The notes: generated by a model not told the origin, from the sequence alone. 64,000 nt of DNA from an uncultured Bacilli bacterium (GCA_934091055.1 CAKOKN010000002.1:77446-141445), one strand, 5' to 3'. Counted from the stretch's first letter, positions 18,393 through 28,284 are shown. Numbers and translations: made by a program.

Positions 18393-19637
18393 ATGGATAC
18401 CTCAATTATTGAAAATATTATACCTAATATCATACTTATAATATTCCCATTGTTAATATATTTAGTCTGTATTTGCTGCAAAGAAACAATAACCAAATCA
18501 TACAATCAACTAATATTAAATATAGCGTTATTTACTTCATTATATTTATGTTTAAGATATGGAACAATAACCAATAGTAGTAAAATACTATTATTCTGTA
18601 ATATTCCCATAGTGATAAGTTATCTAAAAAAGAAACCTTTTGTAGGAGCAGTGCTTTCTATAATTAATATAGCTTATTGCTATTTTATGTTTCAGACAGA
18701 TAATTTCTATATAATAACAGGAATAAAATACCTATCATATTTTATACTATATCTTTGTGCCAATAAAAAAAGACTAAGTTCAGAAAGCTTTATTCTATCA
18801 ATTGCAGTACTTCAAGGTTTCTTTCTATCATTTGAATATTTCTTTAAAGAAGTAGATATATCTATAAACGATTTTCTATTATTACTAATACTAGTATTTA
18901 TATATTACTTTGTAACCTTCTTTGTGGTTTATATATTTAAAATAACAGAAAGAGTGCAATCACTAAATACTTCAATAAAAAAATTAGAAAAAGATAAAAT
19001 AATAAAAGATGCATTATTCAAGTTAACACATGAAGTAAAAAATCCATTAGCGGTCTGCAAAGGATATCTAGATATGATAGATATAGATAAAAAAGATAAA
19101 GCAAATAGATATATTATGATAATGAAACAAGAAATCAATCGTAGTCTAAATATTATGAGTGATTTTCTAGAATTCAATAAAATCAAAATAATAAAAGAAA
19201 CATTTGATTTAAATTTATTATTAGATGACGTCTATGATTGTATAAAAATAATAGTTAAGAATAAAAATATAAAATTAGAATATATAGAACAAGTTAATAA
19301 TGAAATATATATAAATGGCGATTATGAAAGACTAAAACAAGTATTAATTAATTTAATAAAAAATAGTTATGAAGCAATAATAGAAGAAGGACTAATAACA
19401 ATATCAAGTGAAATAAACAAAAACTATATAAATGTTATAGTAAAAGATAATGGTATTGGAATGGATGAAGAAACATTAAGTAATGTCAAAGAAATGTTTT
19501 ATACTACTAAGAAAACTGGTACAGGACTAGGAGTAGCCCTTTCAAATGAAATAATTAAAGCCCATAATGGAGAACTAATATATAGTTCAAAACCAAATAT
19601 AGGAACAAAAGTTACAATAAGATTACCATATGTGTAA
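18393..19637 (+). CDS. orphan membrane sensor histidine kinase (candidate sporulation kinase)
   Basis: About 6 TM helices, H-box FKLTHEVKNPL, N-box LINLIKNSYEA, G-boxes DNGIGMD and GTGLGVALS. No adjacent response regulator. Confidence 0.8.
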   Translation: MDTSIIENIIPNIILIIFPLLIYLVCICCKETITKSYNQLILNIALFTSLYLCLRYGTITNSSKILLFCNIPIVISYLKKKPFVGAVLSIINIAYCYFMFQTDNFYIITGIKYLSYFILYLCANKKRLSSESFILSIAVLQGFFLSFEYFFKEVDISINDFLLLLILVFIYYFVTFFVVYIFKITERVQSLNTSIKKLEKDKIIKDALFKLTHEVKNPLAVCKGYLDMIDIDKKDKANRYIMIMKQEINRSLNIMSDFLEFNKIKIIKETFDLNLLLDDVYDCIKIIVKNKNIKLEYIEQVNNEIYINGDYERLKQVLINLIKNSYEAIIEEGLITISSEINKNYINVIVKDNGIGMDEETLSNVKEMFYTTKKTGTGLGVALSNEIIKAHNGELIYSSKPNIGTKVTIRLPYV

Positions 19638-19694
19638 TCTTTTCTTTTATTATTTCAATTTTTTTGTTATAATATTAAATACAGGTGAGCAAAT

Positions 19695-19958
19695 ATGAAA
19701 GATATATTTTTAAACAATTTACCATTTATAGATTTGCACGGATTTGATACAGAAAGTGCTAGAGTAGCAACAAATGATTTCATAGACGATAGTCTAGTAC
19801 TAAAATACAACAAAGTATTAATAATTCACGGCAAGGGAAAGGGACTAGTAAAGAAGTCAGTATATGAAGCTTTATCCCATCGAAGAGAAGTTATAAAGTT
19901 CCATACTGACAACTTAAATGATGGCTGTACGATTGTGTATTTAACTGTTGACAAGTAA
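19695..19958 (+). CDS. Smr-domain protein
   Basis: IDLHGFDTESA and IIHGKGKGLVKK are typical Smr motifs; 87 aa. Confidence 0.75.
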   Translation: MKDIFLNNLPFIDLHGFDTESARVATNDFIDDSLVLKYNKVLIIHGKGKGLVKKSVYEALSHRREVIKFHTDNLNDGCTIVYLTVDK

Positions 19959-19976
19959 AAACTAGTGTGCTATAAT
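19948..19976 (+). promoter_or_regulatory. sigma-A promoter (TTGACA-17-TATAAT) overlapping the end of the Smr gene
   Basis: TTGACA 19948-19953, 17-nt spacer, TATAAT 19971-19976. Confidence 0.5.
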
Positions 19977-20001
19977 AGGTCTCAATTTTAGGGAATGTAT
20001 T

Positions 20002-20121
20002 ATGCTAGAAGATAAAATTATAAAACTAATGAGAGAAATAAATACCATTGTTAACAGCATCATATCTATAATAGTTTTAATAATCATATGTCTATTAATT
20101 TGCATCTTGGAGGTTATCTAG
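20002..20121 (+). CDS. possible 39-aa hydrophobic peptide
   Basis: MLEDKIIKLMREINTIVNSIISIIVLIIICLLICILEVI. Weak RBS (AGGGA 7 nt upstream). It lies just downstream of the 19948 promoter. Confidence 0.3.
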   Translation: MLEDKIIKLMREINTIVNSIISIIVLIIICLLICILEVI

Positions 20122-20152
20122 TTATAACACAACTAAATAAAGGGAGGGTTTT

Positions 20153-21379
20153 ATGGAAAGTGAAAGAAGAATAAGCTGGCTTAGCTTATTTATAAGAATT
20201 ATTATAATATTTGTATTCGCATTAATAGTAATTTGGCTTGTTTCAAAAATCATAAGTAAGAATAAGCTAAGTGAAGCCTTTACAAGTAATATAAACAATA
20301 TGGAAAAAGTATCAGTTGAATACTTTAAAGGAGTAGACTTACCTTTAGAAAAAGGACAAAGTATAAAAATAACATTAGGAGAAATGATTGAAAAGAAATT
20401 AATCGTCTCTACTAATAGTGATGGAAAAGCTAGTTGTGATACAAAGAATAGCTATTCCAAAATAACAAGAAAAAGTAAGAATTATATAGTAGAAACTACA
20501 TTAAAATGTGGTGATGAAAAAGATACTATTACTAAAAAGTTCTCTTTCAAAGATTGCAGAAATTGCAGCCAAGACACTATTAAAAAAGATAGTAAAAACA
20601 CTAAAGATACTAAGAATACTACTAATACTAAAGATGATAAAAAGAATGATAGTACTACAAAAGAAAATACTACCAATAATGATAGTACCAAGAATACTAC
20701 TTCCAATGGTAGCACTTCTCAAGTTAAGTATTACGAATACGCCAAAGAAACAACAACATATTCTAACTGGGTAAGAGGAAGTAAAACAGGAGACAATATT
20801 GAAAATAAATATGAATATTATGGAGTAGCTAAAAAAACTTACTACACACTAGGAGTTATAAGAAAAGAAGATTTAACTAAAGACTATATTTCCTATACAA
20901 TAAAGTTAAATAATGTTCCAAATAATAAATATTATTTCACAACAGTAGAAGAAGCAAATTATTTTGATAAATCTGAAGAAAAAAGTTATATCAATCAAAG
21001 CGATACTTCAATTTATGAAGGAATTAGTTATGGTAAAGTAAGCGCTATTTCAAATTATTCATTGTCAACAAATAACTTTACTTATAAACTAATGCCATAC
21101 TATAGAAGAGGTACATTCTATGTTGATGTAAAAGTATATATTAAAAACACTAATAATTTAAATAGCTATTATGATAGTAATACTAAATCAAATATCTATT
21201 TTGTACCATTAAAACTTAACATTAAGTTTGCTTCAAATGAAATATCAGAAAACAAACCATCAGGAGACTATGAAACAATTTCTTACTATAGATATGTTGA
21301 AACAAGTAGAGATGTAATATGGTCTACTGAAGAAGCAGTAGAAGGTTATACTAAGACTGGAAATACCAAATTAAGCTAA
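20153..21379 (+). CDS. membrane-anchored hypothetical protein with a K/N/T/D low-complexity linker
   Basis: Strong RBS AGGGAGG, N-terminal TM helix, a KNTKDTKNTTNTKDDKKND run, and a Tyr/Asn-rich C-terminal domain. Confidence 0.6.
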   Translation: MESERRISWLSLFIRIIIIFVFALIVIWLVSKIISKNKLSEAFTSNINNMEKVSVEYFKGVDLPLEKGQSIKITLGEMIEKKLIVSTNSDGKASCDTKNSYSKITRKSKNYIVETTLKCGDEKDTITKKFSFKDCRNCSQDTIKKDSKNTKDTKNTTNTKDDKKNDSTTKENTTNNDSTKNTTSNGSTSQVKYYEYAKETTTYSNWVRGSKTGDNIENKYEYYGVAKKTYYTLGVIRKEDLTKDYISYTIKLNNVPNNKYYFTTVEEANYFDKSEEKSYINQSDTSIYEGISYGKVSAISNYSLSTNNFTYKLMPYYRRGTFYVDVKVYIKNTNNLNSYYDSNTKSNIYFVPLKLNIKFASNEISENKPSGDYETISYYRYVETSRDVIWSTEEAVEGYTKTGNTKLS

Positions 21380-21406
21380 ATAAATAAGCAGTTCACTAAG
21401 AATTGC

Positions 21407-21985
21407 TTATTTTTTTTCTAATACCTTATCAACCAGTCCATATTCCAGAGCCTCTTTACTATCCATAAAGTTATCCCTTTCAGTATCATTATCAATAACA
21501 TCTATACTCTTACCAGTGGCATCTGATAATATAGAGTTCAACTTATGTTTAAGTTTTAAAATTCTCTCAGCAGCTATCTTAATCTCTGTTGCCTGGCCTT
21601 GTACTCCTCCAAGAGGCTGATGTATCATAACTTCAGCATTAGGTAAAATAAACCTCTTTCCCCTCTTTCCAACTGCTAAAATAAATGCTGCCATTGATGC
21701 TGCAATACCAACACATATTGTGGATACATCACTTTTAATTAAATTCATCGTGTCATATATAGCCATCCCAGCAGTAATAGAACCACCTGGAGAATTAATA
21801 TATAAACTTATATCACTATTATCTAAACTATCCAAATATAATAGTTGTGCTACAATAACATTCGCCGTACTATCAGTAATTTCACCATTCAATATTATTA
21901 TTCTATCCTTAAGTAATCTAGAATAAATATCGTATGCCCTTTCTCCAATATCATTTTTTTCAATAACCGTAGGAATTAAATTCAT
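21407..21985 (-). CDS. clpP: ATP-dependent Clp protease proteolytic subunit
   Basis: MNLIPTVIE start, RIIILNGEI, catalytic [24 protein letters not shown] precedes the internal ATG at 21985; the tracked N-terminal extension looks spurious. Confidence 0.92.
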   Translation of the reverse strand: MNLIPTVIEKNDIGERAYDIYSRLLKDRIIILNGEITDSTANVIVAQLLYLDSLDNSDISLYINSPGGSITAGMAIYDTMNLIKSDVSTICVGIAASMAAFILAVGKRGKRFILPNAEVMIHQPLGGVQGQATEIKIAAERILKLKHKLNSILSDATGKSIDVIDNDTERDNFMDSKEALEYGLVDKVLEKK

Positions 21986-22095
21986 TTTTATCACCCATAA
22001 ATAGTATAATATATAGTAACACCATTTATACCAAAAAAAGTATGACAAAAAAGAACATTTTATGGTATAATAAAATTATACAGTAGGAGGATTAT

Positions 22096-23748
22096 ATGGA
22101 AACTATAATAATTACCTTAGATAATGGAAAAAAGAAAGAATATGTAAAAGGCATAAAACTAAAGGAAGTAGCAGAAACATTAAAAAAAGATTATCCCTTT
22201 GGAGTTATATGTGGAAACTATAATAATAGAATTATTAATGGTGAAGATACTTTAACTAAAAGTGGAAGATTATCACTATATGATATAAATACTTGTCAAG
22301 GAAATAAAATATATGAAAAAGGATTAATATACCTATTCGAATTGGCAGCTATTGAAGTACTTGGAAAAGGAACAAGTATTACAGTAAAACATTCCATAGA
22401 TAGAGGTATATTTTGTAAAATAAATAAAGAAGTAAAAGAAGAAGATATATTAAAGATCAAGAAGTTAATGAAAGAAAAAGTATCACAAAAAATACCTTTT
22501 GTAAAAATAGAAACATCAAAAGAAGATGCAATTGCATACTTCAAAAGTATTAAAAGAGAAGATAAAGCTAGAACACTATTCTATAATTCATCAAGTTATA
22601 TCAAACTATATAAATTAGAAGATATGTATAATTATATAATAGGAGATTTACCTGAAGATACAGGAATATTAAAATACTTCGATTTATCATTAATTAAAGA
22701 TCGTGGAGTAGTAGTAAGATTTCCATCAGTATATGATCAAGGAAAGGTAAAAAAATATACTCACCACAATAATTACTTTAATTCATTAGAAGAATATTCT
22801 AATTGGGGAAGTAATTTAAACATAACCAATATAGGAGAACTAAATGAATTTATAATAAATAATAATGTTGGAGATATAATACAATTATCTGAAATAATGC
22901 AAGACTATAAATTACTTAACATAGCAGAACAAATAGTATTAAATAAAGAAGACTATAAAATAGTGCTATTATCAGGACCATCAAGTTCAGGAAAGACAAC
23001 AACATCAATGAAACTATCCCTATACCTAAAGAGCTTAGGACTAAACCCTACCCATTTATCAATAGATGATTACTTTCACGAACGAGAAGAGACACCAATT
23101 GGCGTTGATGGAAAACCAGACTTCGAATCATTAGCAGCAGTTGATACCAAACTATTCGATAATCAAGTTAGTAAACTTCTAAAAGGAGTAAAAGTAAAAG
23201 TACCAACATTCAATTTTATTGAAGGAAGAAAAGAGTATAAAAGAGTAGTAGAATTAAAAGAAAATGACATTCTAATTATTGAAGGATTACACGCTCTAAA
23301 TGAAGATATCTTAACAAATATTCCAAAGAAAAAGAAATTTAAAGTATATATAAGCCCATTAACATACTTAGGAATAGATAATGACAATAGAATAAGTATG
23401 ACTGATATAAGATTATTAAGAAGAATGATAAGAGATAATCGAACTAGAGGTTATAACCCATCTAAAACTCTAAATAGTTGGAGATCAGTAAGAGATGGTG
23501 AAGAAAAATATGTCTTTCCATATCAAGATAATGCTGATGTAATCTTTAATTCTAGTCTAGCTTATGAACTAGCAGTCTTAAAAACATTTGCAGAACCTTT
23601 ATTATTCACTATTAAAGAAGATGATCCAGAGTATTTGACTGCTAAAAGATTAATAGAACTTCTAAAATTTGTTTTACCAATACCAAGTGAAACAGTACCT
23701 CAAATATCAATTCTAAGAGAATTTATCGGAGGAAGTTATTTTGAATAG
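22096..23748 (+). CDS. uridine-kinase-like P-loop nucleoside kinase with an N-terminal TGS-like extension
   Basis: P-loop LLSGPSSSGKTTT with a PRK/uridine kinase-like core (IIEGLHALNE). The identity of the N-terminal ~250 aa is inferred only weakly. Confidence 0.65.
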   Translation: METIIITLDNGKKKEYVKGIKLKEVAETLKKDYPFGVICGNYNNRIINGEDTLTKSGRLSLYDINTCQGNKIYEKGLIYLFELAAIEVLGKGTSITVKHSIDRGIFCKINKEVKEEDILKIKKLMKEKVSQKIPFVKIETSKEDAIAYFKSIKREDKARTLFYNSSSYIKLYKLEDMYNYIIGDLPEDTGILKYFDLSLIKDRGVVVRFPSVYDQGKVKKYTHHNNYFNSLEEYSNWGSNLNITNIGELNEFIINNNVGDIIQLSEIMQDYKLLNIAEQIVLNKEDYKIVLLSGPSSSGKTTTSMKLSLYLKSLGLNPTHLSIDDYFHEREETPIGVDGKPDFESLAAVDTKLFDNQVSKLLKGVKVKVPTFNFIEGRKEYKRVVELKENDILIIEGLHALNEDILTNIPKKKKFKVYISPLTYLGIDNDNRISMTDIRLLRRMIRDNRTRGYNPSKTLNSWRSVRDGEEKYVFPYQDNADVIFNSSLAYELAVLKTFAEPLLFTIKEDDPEYLTAKRLIELLKFVLPIPSETVPQISILREFIGGSYFE

Positions 23749-23777
23749 ATAAAAGCATATATATTAATAGGTGTAAT

Positions 23778-24434
23778 ATGAATAAATATAAACTATTAAT
23801 AATTATATGCTTTTTAATTATTACTTTTTGTTTACCTAAAGTAACTGCTACCGTAAATAATCTTAGTCTTCTAGGAAAAACTATAGTGTTAGATGCTGGA
23901 CACGGAGGGGTTGATGACGGAGCCAAAAATAATTATATCGTAGAAAAAGACTTAAATTTAGTATTAGTAAAGAAGTTAGAGAAAGAATTAACTTCAAAAG
24001 GAGCTACTATATATTTAACAAGAAAAGATGAAAAAGATTTATCAACAACTACTGTTAATAGAAAAAGACAAGATTTGTATAATCGTGCCAAGTTTATAAA
24101 TAATTTATCTCCAGATACATATATATCTATTCATTTAAATTCAGCGCCATCACCTGTATGGAGGGGCCTTCAAGTATTTTACACTAGTCAAAATAAAGAG
24201 AATAAGCTTATTGCTGATGTAATAACTAATTATTTAAAACAGAATATAGCTAATGTTAGAGAAATAAAGAAAGATGATACTTATTATATGTATAAGCATA
24301 TAAAGTATCCAGGAGTACTAATTGAAGCAGGTTTTATATCAAATCCCGATGATAATTATTTACTTAGACAAGAAGAATATCAAAATAAATTAGTTAGATT
24401 AATTAGTGAAGCAATAGAGATATATTATAAATAA
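23778..24434 (+). CDS. cwlD: N-acetylmuramoyl-L-alanine amidase, CwlD-like (germination-specific)
   Basis: Signal anchor plus Amidase_3 motifs LDAGHGGVDDGA, ISIHLNS, LIEAGFISN; size is typical of CwlD. Confidence 0.75.
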   Translation: MNKYKLLIIICFLIITFCLPKVTATVNNLSLLGKTIVLDAGHGGVDDGAKNNYIVEKDLNLVLVKKLEKELTSKGATIYLTRKDEKDLSTTTVNRKRQDLYNRAKFINNLSPDTYISIHLNSAPSPVWRGLQVFYTSQNKENKLIADVITNYLKQNIANVREIKKDDTYYMYKHIKYPGVLIEAGFISNPDDNYLLRQEEYQNKLVRLISEAIEIYYK

Positions 24435-24443
24435 TATTATTTT

Positions 24444-24523
24444 CAGTTCGCACTAAAGTTACTCACTGCTATAGAAAGCCTATGGTCTTTCTATAGAAAA
24501 TTAGAGCCTAAGGTCTCTAATTT
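24444..24523 (+). repeat. three-hairpin intergenic element, locus 1 (first unit decayed)
   Basis: CTATAGAAAG-cctatggt-CTTTCTATAG (24469-24496) and AAATTAGAG-cctaaggt-CTCTAATTT (24498-24523). The decayed unit at 24444-24468 aligns with the unit at 44681-44706. Confidence 0.65.
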
Positions 24524-24596
24524 ATGTTTTTGTTATAAAATACAAAAAAACTTTAAAAATAATAAAAAATAGTGTATACTTATAATAGGTGGTACT

Positions 24597-24953
24597 ATGA
24601 AAAAAATATATTTAAAATATGATGAATATACTCCTCCAGTTGAATGTGATTATGGTTTTATTACAGAAATGATATACTTAGGTTTTTTATATCCAATAAA
24701 AAAAAGAAACTATAAAATGTTCTATATCATATTAATGACAGAAGTTGCAGTATCAACCTTAATAATGTGTTTTATACCATTTAAAATAGGAATTATAGTA
24801 TGCATATTAATGCTACTATTAATAAATATTCTATTTGCAGCTAACTATAATATGATAGTAATTGAAGAACTATTAAAGAGAGGCTATGTACCATTAGACT
24901 ATAATTCTTCTAATCAACTAATAAAAAAAGGAATATACTTCAAGTTACAATAA
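24597..24953 (+). CDS. small membrane protein (2 TM), function unknown
   Basis: RBS AGGTGG, two hydrophobic helices, 118 aa. Confidence 0.5.
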   Translation: MKKIYLKYDEYTPPVECDYGFITEMIYLGFLYPIKKRNYKMFYIILMTEVAVSTLIMCFIPFKIGIIVCILMLLLINILFAANYNMIVIEELLKRGYVPLDYNSSNQLIKKGIYFKLQ

Positions 24954-25085
24954 CTTATGTATATTCCTTTTATTAATCTAATATACTTTAATACTATTAT
25001 AATTAATTATTATTTTTTTAAAATATATACCAATTTTTAGAAAATTATGATATACTTTATTAAAGAATAATGGGGTGCATAATAG

Positions 25086-26012
25086 ATGGAAAAAATATTC
25101 AAAACTATAAATGAACAAATAGATATATTAAAAGATAAAGGATTGATTATTGAAGATGAGGACTATGCTAAAGAAACACTTCTAAGAGAAAACTATTTCT
25201 TTATTATGGGTTATAGACATTTATTTATGAAATCCAGTAAAGAAAATAAATTTATCGCAGGTACTACATTTGATGAATTATATGCTTTATTTACATTTGA
25301 TAGATCATTTAGAAATATAATATTTAAAAATGTTCTAGTAATAGAAAATCAACTTAAATCAGTAATTTCTTATCAATTATCTAAAAAATATGGTTATCGT
25401 GAAAAAGACTATCTAAATCCAAAGAACTTTACAAGTGATCACGATAAGGTAAGAAGAGTAAGAGATTTAGTAGATAAAATGAAAAGACAAATTAGAATTA
25501 ATGCTAATAGCCATAATGCTACAATGCACTATATGAATAATTATGGTTATATTCCCCTTTGGGTATTAGTCAAAGTCTTATCATTTGGTATTGTTTGTGA
25601 ATTATATACCATACTAAAGAAAGAAGATCAAATAGAAGTCGCAGAAACTTTTAATACTGTACCATCAGTACTCGAAGATATTCTAATAATACTTTCTAAC
25701 TATCGTAACCTATGTGCTCACGAAGACATAGTATTTGAACATAAAACAGAACGAGTAATACCAGATACTAAATATCATCAAATAATGAAAATACCAAAGA
25801 TGGATGGAGAATATATATATGGCAAGAATGACATATTTGCCTTAATCATAATATTTAAAATACTATTAAGTAAAAAAGATTTTAGATTAATGATGAAAGA
25901 AATAGAGTATGAATTAGAATTATTAGATGGAAAAATAGATACTATATCTATAAATAAAGTTTTAGATAGAATGGGCTTTCCTCAAAACTATATGGACATA
26001 ATAGGATGGTGA
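25086..26012 (+). CDS. Abi_2 (AbiD/AbiF-like) abortive-infection family protein
   Basis: N-terminal QIDILKDKGL, ENYFFIMGYRH, and the conserved NYRNLCAHED motif of the Abi_2 family. Confidence 0.75.
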   Translation: MEKIFKTINEQIDILKDKGLIIEDEDYAKETLLRENYFFIMGYRHLFMKSSKENKFIAGTTFDELYALFTFDRSFRNIIFKNVLVIENQLKSVISYQLSKKYGYREKDYLNPKNFTSDHDKVRRVRDLVDKMKRQIRINANSHNATMHYMNNYGYIPLWVLVKVLSFGIVCELYTILKKEDQIEVAETFNTVPSVLEDILIILSNYRNLCAHEDIVFEHKTERVIPDTKYHQIMKIPKMDGEYIYGKNDIFALIIIFKILLSKKDFRLMMKEIEYELELLDGKIDTISINKVLDRMGFPQNYMDIIGW

Positions 26013-26016
26013 AATA

Positions 26017-27132
26017 ATGAAAAAAAAGAATAATAAAATAATACTACCTATATTAGTTTTCTTTGCTTTTATAGGAGGAGCAATATGGTCTTATCTAGTA
26101 TTAAATCAATTAAATAAAGGTGGAAGTATAACTACTTCTTCAGGAGGAAATTATACAATAAATGAAAATAGTATATCAAAATCAGTAGATAAAGTATATG
26201 ATGCTACAGTAGTAGTACAAAGTTATAAAGATGGCAGTCCAGTATCTACAGGTACAGGATTTGTATATAAAAAAGAAGGATCAACAGCATATATAATGAC
26301 TAATAATCACGTTATATCACAAGGAAACTCTGCTAAAGTAGTATTTAGTGACGGCTCTTCTGCAGATACTAAAATATTAGGTGGAGAAACATATTCTGAT
26401 ATAGCAGTATTAACAGTTTCAGCAGCTAGCATTAAACAAGTTGCTACAATTGGAAATACTGAAAATATAAGATTAGGAGATACAACATTTGCAGTAGGTG
26501 CTCCTCTTGGCGATACTTATAGTGGAACAGTAACTAAAGGAATATTGTCAGGTAAAGATAGATTAGTAGCAGTCTCATTCTCTGGTAATACATCCGATTA
26601 TTATATGAAAGTATTACAAACAGATGCTGCCTTAAATCCAGGAAATAGTGGAGGACCATTATGTAATGTAAATGGTGAAGTAATAGGTGTAACATCACTA
26701 AAACTAACTGAAGAAAAAGCCTCTACTACTACAAGTTATAGTGTTGAAGGAATGGGCTTTGCTATCCCAATCGAAGATGCTCTATATTATGCTGGTATAA
26801 TAGAAAAAGGAGAAACAGTAAAAAGACCATATATAGGAATAAGTATGTTAGATATAACAGATAGTTACTATTTGTGGCAATCCGGAATAACATTACCAAA
26901 AGGAGTAACTAAAGGTGTTGCAGTACTAGAAGTAGTATCATCATCTCCAGCAGAAAAAGCAGGATTACAAAAGGGTGATATTATAACAAAAATTGAAAAA
27001 GAAGAAATATCTTCAGTTGCCGAACTACGTTACGAATTATATAAACATAATCCAGGAGACAAAGTAGTCATAACATATAACCGTAATGGTAAAGAACTAA
27101 CATCAGAAGTAACACTTGAAGAAGTAAATTAA
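26017..27132 (+). CDS. htrA: HtrA/DegP-family serine protease with a PDZ domain
   Basis: TM anchor, catalytic triad context (TNNHV, DIAVL, GNSGGPL), C-terminal PDZ (GLQKGDIITKI). Confidence 0.88.
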   Translation: MKKKNNKIILPILVFFAFIGGAIWSYLVLNQLNKGGSITTSSGGNYTINENSISKSVDKVYDATVVVQSYKDGSPVSTGTGFVYKKEGSTAYIMTNNHVISQGNSAKVVFSDGSSADTKILGGETYSDIAVLTVSAASIKQVATIGNTENIRLGDTTFAVGAPLGDTYSGTVTKGILSGKDRLVAVSFSGNTSDYYMKVLQTDAALNPGNSGGPLCNVNGEVIGVTSLKLTEEKASTTTSYSVEGMGFAIPIEDALYYAGIIEKGETVKRPYIGISMLDITDSYYLWQSGITLPKGVTKGVAVLEVVSSSPAEKAGLQKGDIITKIEKEEISSVAELRYELYKHNPGDKVVITYNRNGKELTSEVTLEEVN

Positions 27133-27256
27133 TCTAGATTAATTCTAGATTTTTTTATATAAGAATTAAAATATCAAAAAATAATAATATAAAACTATTG
27201 TATTTTATCTATAATATTTGTTATAATAAAATAGATGAAAAAAGAAAGGTGAGAAA

Positions 27257-27706
27257 ATGGAAGATTACAAAATAACAACACATAGCGATAACGAAACAAT
27301 AGCAGTCGCACAAAATATAGAATCAGAAAAATTTCCAAATATGGTTATTTGTTTAAATGGAGAATTAGGAAGTGGCAAAACTGTTTTTACAAAAGGCTTT
27401 GCACACGCAATGGGAATTGAAGAAGTAACTTCACCAACTTTTACAATAATAAAAGAGTATAATGGAGAATTACCTCTATATCATATGGATGTATATAGAT
27501 TAGAAGATGCAAATGAAGATATTGGTATTGAAGAATACTTTGAAAAAGGAGGAGTAACCATTATTGAATGGTCTGATATAATAAAAGATATTCTTCCTAA
27601 AGAAAGATTAGATATTAAAATTAAAATAGTAGATGAAAATACTAGAGTATTAGTGTTAACTCCTTATGGTGATAAGTACGTAAGCATATGTGAGGATATA
27701 ATATGA
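27257..27706 (+). CDS. tsaE: tRNA t6A37 biosynthesis ATPase TsaE
   Basis: Walker A GELGSGKTVFTKG and SPTFTI motifs. Confidence 0.88.
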   Translation: MEDYKITTHSDNETIAVAQNIESEKFPNMVICLNGELGSGKTVFTKGFAHAMGIEEVTSPTFTIIKEYNGELPLYHMDVYRLEDANEDIGIEEYFEKGGVTIIEWSDIIKDILPKERLDIKIKIVDENTRVLVLTPYGDKYVSICEDII

Positions 27707-28284
27707 TAAGTTTATTTATAGATACATCGCTTTCTGATGTATCTATTGCATTACTAAAAGATGGTAAATTATTATCTTGTATACATAACAATATACCAGG
27801 AGAACATTCAGTATATGTAAGTAAATATATAGAAGACATATTAGAAAATAATAACAAATCATCAGATGATGTAAATGAAATAATAGTAGTAAATGGTCCA
27901 GGTTCATTTACAGGTATTAGAATAGGAGTAACAATAGCTAAAATATTTGCTTATCTAAAGAAAATAAGAATAGTAACTATTACATCACTACAAGCAAGAG
28001 CTATAGGCAATAATAGTAAATATATACTATCATTAATAGATGCCAAACACGATAACTACTATGTAGGTCTATATGATAGCAAATATAATAAGATTACTGA
28101 AGAATTTGCTTCGATAGATAAAGTAGAAGAATTAAAAGAAAAATATAACCCATTAGTAGTAACACCAAATAATAATTATAATATAGAAGAAATAGTAGAA
28201 TATACTAAATCATTCGAAGGACAAAATCCACATACTGTGGATCCAATATATCTAAAATTACCAGAAGCTATGGAGAAAAAATGA
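27703..28284 (+). CDS. tsaB: tRNA t6A37 biosynthesis protein TsaB
   Basis: ISLFIDTS start, GPGSFTGIRIG motif, overlaps tsaE. Confidence 0.8.
   Translation: MISLFIDTSLSDVSIALLKDGKLLSCIHNNIPGEHSVYVSKYIEDILENNNKSSDDVNEIIVVNGPGSFTGIRIGVTIAKIFAYLKKIRIVTITSLQARAIGNNSKYILSLIDAKHDNYYVGLYDSKYNKITEEFASIDKVEELKEKYNPLVVTPNNNYNIEEIVEYTKSFEGQNPHTVDPIYLKLPEAMEKK

Noticed and set aside
20482-20774. Three overlapping alternative-frame ORFs (both strands) in the 20.5-20.8 kb region
   Set aside because: They arise from the repetitive AAT/ACT/AAA low-complexity coding stretch of the 20153-21379 gene. They have no independent start signals.
21986-22048. 21-codon N-terminal extension of the clpP ORF ([21 protein letters not shown])
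   Set aside because: The conserved ClpP N-terminus MNLIPTVIE starts at the internal ATG 21985, which has a GGGTGA RBS. The extension is not ClpP-like.
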